Source: Candidatus Krumholzibacteriales bacterium (lineage in GTDB: Bacteria > Krumholzibacteriota > Krumholzibacteriia > Krumholzibacteriales > WJIX01). Taken from it: a stretch of DNA of 64,000 bases. Of the stretch, positions 56,382 to 64,000 are shown piece by piece. The stretch's first letter is position 1. Each line of letters begins with the position of its first letter. Where the stretch lies: positions 1 through 64,000 of the forward strand of contig JAWODM010000041.1 of the NCBI GenBank assembly GCA_046483305.1. The letters are read 5' to 3'. The position numbers and the translations under genes are program-made. The notes under the pieces are model-generated. The model did no database searches and was not told the DNA's origin. It was given only the letters and a program-made list of their open reading frames with translations.

Positions 56382-58360
56382 TTCCTCTTTCCTTCCTCGC
56401 CTCTGCCGGGAGCTTCAACAGGTATCTTTATGGTAAAAGTGGTGCCGCTGCCAACTCTGCTGTTAACCGAGATGTTTCCTCCATGCTCGTCAATTATCCG
56501 GAAAGCTATGGCCAGCCCCAGCCCGGTACCTCCCCTGGCCCTCTTGGTGGTAAAGAAGGGATCGAAAATCTGCTTCATGGTGGTCTCATTCATCCCGGTC
56601 CCGTTGTCCGCGACCTGAACCACGATATTCCCGTTCTCCAGCATGGTTCTTACCGTTATATGCCCTTTGCGGTCCTCTGGAATCGCCTGGCCGGCGTTGA
56701 CGATGAGATTAACCAGCACCTGCTCGATCTTCTGGGCGTTGCCCTTGAAGGCAGGAAGGTCCTCCACCAGATCCAGCTCTATCTCCGCTCTCTTGTGAAC
56801 TTCCTTGTATACCAGCCTGGTAGTAGCCTCCACCAGCGTGTTGATATCCACATTGTCGACCAGAAGCCCCTCATCCTTTTTGGTGAACGCCCTGAGGCCC
56901 TCCACAATACTCTTGATTCTCTCCGAGCCATGAGTCATATCTTCCACCAGAACCATTATATGTTCCTTGAAGAAATCATAATTCAGCCTGGCGATTCTCA
57001 GGTCGGGATGGTCTTCGTAATACCTGTCCACGATAGGGATCATATCTTCCATGGACTGCTTTATTATCTTGATATTTCCCCTGATGAACTGGTTTGGGTT
57101 GTTTATTTCATGTCCGATCCCGCTGACCAGCTCTCCTATGGAAGCCAGTTTATCCGCCTGCTGGAGCTGCTGCTCGTAGGTCTTCTCCAGGGTAACATCC
57201 CTGTAAAATTCAAGGATGCCGTCTACCTCGTGCTTCTTGTTGAAGACAGGGAGGGCATGAACCTGAAGATATCTTTCGCCGTCCTTGATGGTGAGCGTCA
57301 CCGGCGTTTTTTCATTCAGTATCCTGGCCAGGCGGCAGTCGTCACAGGGGCTCTCCCTGTCAAAGAGGCTGGAGTAACAGTGATCCCCCGGTTCTATATC
57401 CTCCCGGTTGGTCATTACTACCTTACGGTTTCTGTCCAGCAGGACTACCTCGTCGGGGATCGCCCTGAAGATAGTTTCCAGACGGCTTTTGGCCTTATCC
57501 CAGCCGTCGTTGACCCTGTTCAGATATGAATCCACTATTGACAGTTTCTTCTTCTGTTTATCCAGCTCCGCTGTTCTGTTCCTGATCTCCTCCTTGAGTT
57601 CCTGGAGCTGGTCATGGTACTCCTTTTCCTCCCTGGCCATCCGTTCTACTTTTTCCTTCAATTCCTTACGGTCCAGCGCCAGATTGAGCATCCTCCCTAC
57701 TTCATCGAGCATCTTCTGCTCTTCGGGAAGAAGCTTGATTAAATCATCGTGATACCCGACCTGTATCTCTCCCTTATCCTGATTCCATACCGTGAGTTTT
57801 ACAGAGATATAATTACTGGATGACGGTTTCTGCCCGTACTCTACGCCGTCGTAATTGCTGTAGACCACTACTTCTTCGGGATGCAGCATCCCGGCGCTGA
57901 GATATCGAGGCAGCTTGTTGAAGAATTCCTTCACGGTTTCCGAAGTTTCTATTAATTCCGCGATATTGTATATACAGGTAAGCTCCTTGACCCTCTCATC
58001 CTTTTCCCACTCCTTGTCCTTACTGAGGGAACCCATGGTATTGCCGAAGAAGAGATACAAATCTTCCCCTTCACGGTCCAGGTATCCTGTTTTCAGAGGT
58101 ATGGAACGGCCGTCCCTGGAGACAAACAGGGCGATACCGCGGTTGCCCTCCCGGGCCTGCTCCATGGAGGAAGAAAAGCTTTTCCACGAAGAGGGGGTAA
58201 CTATCTCTTTGATATTTCTGCTGTTGGGGGAGCTGTCTCCTCCCAGTTCATCCTCGGCGATATGCCTGCTGGTATGGATTATTCTGCCGTCTCCGTCCAG
58301 CACCAGCAGGTACTCAAAATTGCTCTCAAGGCATGAATATACATTCTGGAGTTTTATCAT
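56378..58360 (-). CDS. Cytoplasmic PAS-domain sensor histidine kinase
   Basis: GHEINNP H-box, NLIVNA, DNGTG, FDPFFTTK, GTGLGL; no TM segment. Confidence 0.93.
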   Translation of the reverse strand: MIKLQNVYSCLESNFEYLLVLDGDGRIIHTSRHIAEDELGGDSSPNSRNIKEIVTPSSWKSFSSSMEQAREGNRGIALFVSRDGRSIPLKTGYLDREGEDLYLFFGNTMGSLSKDKEWEKDERVKELTCIYNIAELIETSETVKEFFNKLPRYLSAGMLHPEEVVVYSNYDGVEYGQKPSSSNYISVKLTVWNQDKGEIQVGYHDDLIKLLPEEQKMLDEVGRMLNLALDRKELKEKVERMAREEKEYHDQLQELKEEIRNRTAELDKQKKKLSIVDSYLNRVNDGWDKAKSRLETIFRAIPDEVVLLDRNRKVVMTNREDIEPGDHCYSSLFDRESPCDDCRLARILNEKTPVTLTIKDGERYLQVHALPVFNKKHEVDGILEFYRDVTLEKTYEQQLQQADKLASIGELVSGIGHEINNPNQFIRGNIKIIKQSMEDMIPIVDRYYEDHPDLRIARLNYDFFKEHIMVLVEDMTHGSERIKSIVEGLRAFTKKDEGLLVDNVDINTLVEATTRLVYKEVHKRAEIELDLVEDLPAFKGNAQKIEQVLVNLIVNAGQAIPEDRKGHITVRTMLENGNIVVQVADNGTGMNETTMKQIFDPFFTTKRARGGTGLGLAIAFRIIDEHGGNISVNSRVGSGTTFTIKIPVEAPGRGEEGKRK

Positions 58361-58523
58361 CTTCGTCTCCCGTTGGGTATTTTTCCAGATCGCTCGAGGA
58401 TATTCAAACGCGCAAATTCATTTTCAGTCAGGCAATCTCATCGCTCCGGCTCTTGCGATAACGGCAACAGGATACCGTCGGGAAACCGGCAGCCACGACA
58501 AATATCCCCTTTACGCGTTAATA

Positions 58524-61500
58524 TTATATAACCTTATAATGTTTTATACCAACATTAATAATTTCCTGCTTATACCTGCCGTACTGAGTAAGAGGCTGAG
58601 GTATAGCCGGAGGCCTGGTTCCGATGGGGGCCCTGACCAGATTAGGTTCAGGCAGGGAGGTGCGTTCTTCCCCGGTATTCCAGTAGTAGGGAATCAGCTC
58701 TGTCCCGATATTCTTCCTGACCATTTTCTCTATCTCTCCGGTAAGCTCCCCGGCGAGTTTCACGCCGATGGCTGACGCCACCTCGCAAAGGACTTCCCTG
58801 CCCGAAACAGGCGCCGGAGGCTCAACCGCCCTATCATAACGGATGACTTTCCCCTCGAAATTGCAGCGGGTCCCCTCGGTCTCCAGGTAGGTAGAGCCGG
58901 GGAGCAGCACTTCGGCCATCCTGGTGGTCTCGGTATCAGTCCAGTCCATGGCGGCAAGAAAATCGACATTGGAGAACCAGGATTCTGTCCTGACCCATGA
59001 CATCGGATCTTCCCCGATCACCAGCGCCGCCTTTATCTCCGCATTTTCAAGCATCTGCCGGAGCTCCTCGCGGGTGCCGGCTCCCTTGAGGCCGCGTGAA
59101 GGCTCAGTCCTTCCCGGCGCGAATGAGGGATCGCACCCCATCAACTCCACGCCCGCGCTGTTAGCCCAGCTGCGCGGAAGCAGAAGGTCCGCTTCGATGC
59201 CGGAACGCCTGAGCAGAATCACCATATTGGCAAGGGTCTCGATATCGCCCTCCGCCCTGTCCTGGGGACGGTCGGGCGAATGAACAACCACAACTCTTTC
59301 CGCCGAAGAGATTATTTCCGCGGCTTCGGTAATCTTCGCTTCATCCACACCGGTAATGCCGGAGATGCTCTTGAGGCCCGAAGCTGTTTCCGGGCTGACA
59401 CCGTCAAGTTTACTGATATCTTCGTCCATCCCGCTCCCCAGGACGCCCTTTTCGTGAAGAGCCTGAATAACTCCCTTCCACAGCAGCGCAGCCCGGCCCC
59501 TCATCGGGTCCATTACCAGAGAGGCAAGCGTCCGGTCGGTATAGTCAAGGGCCGAATTGATCACCATCAGCCGGGCGCCTTTCCTGACCGCGTCGATAAC
59601 TTCAACGCTCAGTATCAGGTGATCCGTCTCTATGGAGGTATTATTGCAGATAATAAGGTCCGCTTCTCTCAGAGACTCTCTGCCGGCCGTTCCCGCATTG
59701 AAACCGAAAGACCGGTCCAGCGCCCCCGCTTTCATTCCGCCGGTAATAAGAGAGAGCGAAGATATATTATTGGTTCCCAGCCCATCCCTGGCGATTTTCG
59801 AAGCCAGGTAGAGCTCTTCGTTGGTAAGATCCGGCGACACGAAAACAGCTACCTTTTCCGGGCCGAATTCCTCCGCCGCTTCTTTCAGCTTTCCGGCTGC
59901 GAAATCCGCCGCCTCTCCCACCTCTGCCTTCTCCGGAACGCCCATGGCCCTTATTTCCGCTGATTCAATTCTGTCCTTCTTGATAAAAATCTCGGTTCCG
60001 AATCTTCCGTACCTGCAGAGATATTCACCCGGGGTATCCGAGGAACCGATAAAGTAATTCCTGTCGCTGATCTTATTCACATTTATCGGGCAGGCCAGTG
60101 AGCAGAAAGCACAGTGCGATTCCATCCTGTCAGTATAGAGAGCGGCTCTTCCCGGAAACGGGTATTTGATGGTAAGAGCTCCGGTGGGACATGAATCCAC
60201 GCAGTTGCCGCAGCTCACACAGCTGGTATCAACCAGCGGATCGTTCAAGGCCGGCCTCATTTCGGTCTTGAACCCCCTGTTAACCAGTCCGAGAGCTGAG
60301 ATGGGAAGCACTCTCTCGCATGTCCTTATGCACCTGGCGCACAGAATGCACTTGTTCGGATCGTAAACTACATAGGGATGCCTGTCGTCCACCTTGTGCT
60401 TTCTCGCATAACCCTTGAATTCGTTCATGTCCACCCCGTACTTCTCCGCCTGAAGCCGCAGGTCGCAGTCGTAGTACCGGAGGCATCCGCATGACAGGCA
60501 CCTGTCGCATTCATGGATATTGTCTTCGTAATCAAAACCGGTAGCCACCTCGTTGAAATTTCCCTTCCGCTGCTCCACATCGAGCATGTTAAGAACATGC
60601 CTGGGGGTTTCCCTTACATCTCCGAGCTCTTTCCTGCCGGGATCCTTCCAGAATCCCTTCTCGATTCTGAAATCCTCTTCCTGGCGGGCCCTGCCGGTAA
60701 TGTACGCATCTATCGCCGCGGCGGCCCGCTGGCCGTCCCTGATGGCGTCGATAACCACGGTAGGGCCGTCATCCGCCGCATCTCCGCCAGCGTAGACTCC
60801 CTCCACATTGGTCTCCATGGTGTCGGTATCGATTATGAAAGTGTTCCATCTGGTAAAATCAATCCTGTCCCCATTGGTGTCGGTCAATCCATCCACATCG
60901 GGCGACTGGCCTATCGCCGGCACCGCAAGGTCGCACGGGAAATCGAACTGGGACCCTTCCAGGGGGACCGGGCGGCGCCTTCCGGAATCATCCGGTTCGC
61001 CCAGTTTCATCTTAATGCACCGGAGCGCCTTGAGCCGGCCGTTCTCCTTTATTATCCCCACCGGAGCGGCCAGTTCCATCAGCTCAATCCCTTCATCCAG
61101 GCAGTCTTCTATCTCCATTTCGTCGGCTGGCATCTCCGCCTTGGTTCTCCGGTACAGCACTATTACCTTATCCGCTCCCAGCCTCCAGGATGTCCTGGCA
61201 ACATCCATGGCGGTGTTGCCCCCTCCCACCACAATCACGGTACCTGATACCGGCTCAGGATTATCGGTCTTCTCACGGAGAAATTCAGCCCCCCTGACGA
61301 CCCCCTCGGTTTCATCCTCACCCTCCACTCTCATCGGTTTGCCTACCCAGGCGCCGGTAGCCAGGAATAGGGCATCATGTTTCTTCCGCAGCTCCTTAAG
61401 TTCTATATCCTCACCTACCCTGGTATTGTACTTGATCTCCGCTCCCGCCCTGCAGATATAATCTACTTCAGCATCCAGTACGGAATCGGTCAGCCGGTAC

Positions 61501-62213
61501 TCAGGGATACCGTATCTCAGCATCCCGCCGGAGCGGTCCCGGGCTTCGTAAATTACCGGGTTATGACCCTTTTTCCCAAGAAACCAGGCGGCGGTCAGCC
61601 CCGCCGGCCCGGAACCCACTATTCCGACCGTCTTTCCGGTATCGGGCTCCCTCTCCGGATCCGCCTCGTATATCCCGTCTATATCGGTAAGAAACCTCTT
61701 GATATTATTAATCGCCACCGGTTCATCAACATCCTGGCGCCTGCACACCACCTCGCACTTCCTGACGCATACCCTCCCGCATATTGCGGGAAGGGGATTG
61801 GTCTTCCTGATGAGATCAACCGCTTTGACATATTCTCCCATGGCGCTCAGCGCGATGTACCCCTGGGCGTCCACACCCGCCGGGCACCCTTCCATACAGG
61901 GTGAAACGCAGTCTGCGTAATGGTTGGAGCAGAGGAGTTCCAGGGCCATCTTCCTGGCGCTGATTACCCGCTCGTTATTGGTCACTATCTCCATTCCGTC
62001 TTCCACTCTGGTGGCGCAGGAGGGAACCAGGCCTCTCTTACCCCTGACCTCTACCACGCAGACAAAGCAGGACCCATACGGCTCCAGCTCGGGCGAATAG
62101 CAGAGAGTGGGGATCTCGTCCAGATCGTTCTCTTTAACTACTTCCAGGATAGTCTTACCAGGCTCGGTTTCGATCTCAGTGCCGTTTATGGTTACTTTAA
62201 TCTTTTCTTCCAT
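58524..62213 (-). CDS. Fused Fe-S/FAD oxidoreductase: 2Fe-2S, GltD-like, 2x[4Fe-4S] and NuoG/molybdopterin-fold domains
   Basis: CFVC...SC; CPAG, CGRVC, GSGPAG, GGGNTAMD, YRR; CILCARC/CVSCGNC; CAFCSLAC...C; LLPGSTYLETEGT. Confidence 0.9.
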   Translation of the reverse strand: MEEKIKVTINGTEIETEPGKTILEVVKENDLDEIPTLCYSPELEPYGSCFVCVVEVRGKRGLVPSCATRVEDGMEIVTNNERVISARKMALELLCSNHYADCVSPCMEGCPAGVDAQGYIALSAMGEYVKAVDLIRKTNPLPAICGRVCVRKCEVVCRRQDVDEPVAINNIKRFLTDIDGIYEADPEREPDTGKTVGIVGSGPAGLTAAWFLGKKGHNPVIYEARDRSGGMLRYGIPEYRLTDSVLDAEVDYICRAGAEIKYNTRVGEDIELKELRKKHDALFLATGAWVGKPMRVEGEDETEGVVRGAEFLREKTDNPEPVSGTVIVVGGGNTAMDVARTSWRLGADKVIVLYRRTKAEMPADEMEIEDCLDEGIELMELAAPVGIIKENGRLKALRCIKMKLGEPDDSGRRRPVPLEGSQFDFPCDLAVPAIGQSPDVDGLTDTNGDRIDFTRWNTFIIDTDTMETNVEGVYAGGDAADDGPTVVIDAIRDGQRAAAAIDAYITGRARQEEDFRIEKGFWKDPGRKELGDVRETPRHVLNMLDVEQRKGNFNEVATGFDYEDNIHECDRCLSCGCLRYYDCDLRLQAEKYGVDMNEFKGYARKHKVDDRHPYVVYDPNKCILCARCIRTCERVLPISALGLVNRGFKTEMRPALNDPLVDTSCVSCGNCVDSCPTGALTIKYPFPGRAALYTDRMESHCAFCSLACPINVNKISDRNYFIGSSDTPGEYLCRYGRFGTEIFIKKDRIESAEIRAMGVPEKAEVGEAADFAAGKLKEAAEEFGPEKVAVFVSPDLTNEELYLASKIARDGLGTNNISSLSLITGGMKAGALDRSFGFNAGTAGRESLREADLIICNNTSIETDHLILSVEVIDAVRKGARLMVINSALDYTDRTLASLVMDPMRGRAALLWKGVIQALHEKGVLGSGMDEDISKLDGVSPETASGLKSISGITGVDEAKITEAAEIISSAERVVVVHSPDRPQDRAEGDIETLANMVILLRRSGIEADLLLPRSWANSAGVELMGCDPSFAPGRTEPSRGLKGAGTREELRQMLENAEIKAALVIGEDPMSWVRTESWFSNVDFLAAMDWTDTETTRMAEVLLPGSTYLETEGTRCNFEGKVIRYDRAVEPPAPVSGREVLCEVASAIGVKLAGELTGEIEKMVRKNIGTELIPYYWNTGEERTSLPEPNLVRAPIGTRPPAIPQPLTQYGRYKQEIINVGIKHYKVI

Positions 62214-62224
62214 CAATACGCTCC

Positions 62225-64000
62225 TCAACTCTTGTAAACTGCATCAAACCTGCAGCTGGTAATGCATTTGCCGCATTTAACACAGATGGAGTTGTCTATT
62301 TCATGGGTTTTCTTCGGCTCGCCGCTTATAGCGTCCACCGGACAGTTTTTAGCGCATAGCGTGCACCCGGTGCATTTTTCCGGATCGATATTGAAATCGA
62401 CCAGGGCGGAACATGAACAGGCCGGGCACTTCTTGTCCAGGATATGCGCCTCATATTCATCTCTGAAATACTTTGCAGTGGTCAGCACCGGATTGGGCGC
62501 GGTCTGACCCAGGCCGCAGAGGCTGGATTCGATAATCCTCTTCCCCCACTTCTCCAGTTTTTCGATGTCCCCCTCCTGGCCTTCGCCCTTGGTTATTCTT
62601 TCCAGGGCCTCCAGCATCCTGAGGGTCCCAATCCTGCAGAAGGTACACTTGCCGCAGGATTCCTTCTGGGTGAAATCGAGGAAGAACCTGGCTATTTCCA
62701 CCATGCAGTTGGTTTCATCCATGACCACCATTCCACCGGACCCCATAATCGCGCCGGTGGCCGGGATCGATTCAAAATCAACCGGCGTGCCGGAAAGCTT
62801 TGCCGGTATGCAGCCCCCGGAGGGCCCTCCCATCTGAACCGCCTTGAACTCCCTGTCCTGTTTTATTCCTCCACCCACCTTGAATACCAGGTCTTCTATG
62901 GTGGTTCCCATCTCAACCTCCGCCAGGCCGCCCCTCTTAACCTTTCCGGCCAGGGCGAAAACCTTGGTTCCCTTGCTCTTTTCAGTCCCGTACCGGGCGT
63001 ATTCTCCTGCCCCCCGGGATATTATCCAGGGTACGTTGGCGTATGTTTCCACGTTATTGTTATTGGTGGGCTTGCCCCACAAACCTTCCGCTGCGGGGTA
63101 GGGAGGCCTCAGCGTAGGCATCCCCCGGTGGCCCTCAATGGAAGCTATCAGAGCGGTCTCCTCTCCGCACACAAAAGCTCCGGCGCCCTGTTTGATCTTC
63201 AGGTCAAAGTCAAACCCCGAACCCATTATATCCTCCCCCAGATAACCCTTTTCCCTGGCTTCCTGTATGGCTATCTCCAGCCGCCTGATGGCCAGGGGAT
63301 ACTCCGCCCGGCAGTAAATATAACCGAAGGAAGCACCTATCGCTTTTCCGCAGATTATCATTCCCTCCAGGACCGCGTGGGGATCTCCCTCCAGCACCGA
63401 GCGGTCCATGAAAGCGCCCGGGTCTCCCTCGTCCGCGTTGCATATCACGTACTTTATGTCGCTCTCGTTCCGGGCCGCCAGAGACCATTTGAAACCGGTG
63501 GGGAATCCTCCCCCGCCCCGCCCCCTCAGTCCGGATTCCTTGACCTCTTCGATTATCTGATCCGGCTCCATTTCCAGCAGCGCCTTCTTCAGTCCCTGAT
63601 ACCCCCCGGCTTCCTCGTACTCATCGATCTTCTCCGGATTGATGCTCCCGCAGTGTCTCAGGACGATCCTGGTCTGCAGGTTATAAAAATCAGACTGCGG
63701 CCCGGCAGCTTCCCCCTCCGGGCCCAGCTCCAGAACTACTTTCTCCTTTATTATTTTCCCCTTTTTGATGTACTCTTCCAGCAGTTCTTCAACAGACTCC
63801 GGGTCCACTTCCCCGTAGATAACCCTTCTATCGCCGTCCCGGACCTCCACCAGAGGCTCCAGATAGCACATCCCGATGCATCCCGCTCTGGTCAATTCGA
63901 AGTCGCCGCCGTTTTTCCGGCGAATCTCCTCGATCCTGTCGTAGACCTCCTGCGCTCCCGCTGAAAGCCCGCAAGTTCCCATCCCGACAATTACTTTTTT
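62225..64000 (-). CDS. NuoF/HydB-like NADH-binding flavoprotein subunit (5' end lies beyond the window)
   Basis: GLRGRGGGGFPTG, CNADEGDPGAFMDR, GAGAFVCGEETAL, ESCGKCTFCR, C-terminal 2x[4Fe-4S]; reading frame is open to the window edge. Confidence 0.95.
   Translation of the reverse strand, partial: KKVIVGMGTCGLSAGAQEVYDRIEEIRRKNGGDFELTRAGCIGMCYLEPLVEVRDGDRRVIYGEVDPESVEELLEEYIKKGKIIKEKVVLELGPEGEAAGPQSDFYNLQTRIVLRHCGSINPEKIDEYEEAGGYQGLKKALLEMEPDQIIEEVKESGLRGRGGGGFPTGFKWSLAARNESDIKYVICNADEGDPGAFMDRSVLEGDPHAVLEGMIICGKAIGASFGYIYCRAEYPLAIRRLEIAIQEAREKGYLGEDIMGSGFDFDLKIKQGAGAFVCGEETALIASIEGHRGMPTLRPPYPAAEGLWGKPTNNNNVETYANVPWIISRGAGEYARYGTEKSKGTKVFALAGKVKRGGLAEVEMGTTIEDLVFKVGGGIKQDREFKAVQMGGPSGGCIPAKLSGTPVDFESIPATGAIMGSGGMVVMDETNCMVEIARFFLDFTQKESCGKCTFCRIGTLRMLEALERITKGEGQEGDIEKLEKWGKRIIESSLCGLGQTAPNPVLTTAKYFRDEYEAHILDKKCPACSCSALVDFNIDPEKCTGCTLCAKNCPVDAISGEPKKTHEIDNSICVKCGKCITSCRFDAVYKS

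Noticed and set aside
58524..62213. Formate dehydrogenase alpha subunit or [FeFe]-hydrogenase
   Set aside because: No catalytic Cys/Sec-His motif, no in-frame TGA and no H-cluster motifs.
56483..63964. Long antisense ORFs (e.g. 56483-57529, 62444-63964) and similar shadow ORFs elsewhere
   Set aside because: They lie opposite well-supported genes, lack motifs, and are expected from codon bias.
1..64000. CRISPR arrays, rRNA genes, prophage genes, intact transposases
   Set aside because: No regularly spaced direct repeats, rRNA-like sequence, or phage or transposase motifs were seen by eye.

Overview
This 64 kb window is chromosomal DNA from an anaerobic, diderm bacterium. The gene content (TolC/RND pump, GT9 heptosyltransferase-like enzyme, TPR-rich proteins, sigma54 activators) is consistent with an uncultured FCB-type lineage; that is an inference only. 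The left 2 kb is a degenerate integron-like island: a truncated tyrosine integrase, a Cys-rich orphan, a mazEF module and two attC-like palindromes. Housekeeping blocks follow (dusB-larB-larC, ctpA, tmk, rsmI, ltaE, hup, queD-queC-DUF366-queE, rsgA), then two signalling operons behind sigma54-type promoters (giant TPR pair; FHA-phosphatase-Ser/Thr kinase), a 1548-aa multi-domain sigma54 activator, AbgT, a TetR-RND pump, a two-component system and a NuoF/GltD-NuoG-like oxidoreductase. The top observation is a non-canonical tRNA-Gly(UCC) at 45586-45659. It keeps the GlyRS identity elements but has U37, a C32-G38 pair and A51-U63, as non-proteinogenic tRNA-Gly species do. It lies next to an orphan WbqC-family gene (proposed glycyl transferase), suggesting a dedicated tRNA-dependent glycylation system. 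Two unannotated structured RNAs flank hup, one with a sigma54 promoter and a terminator. All calls come from reading the sequence; no searches were run.
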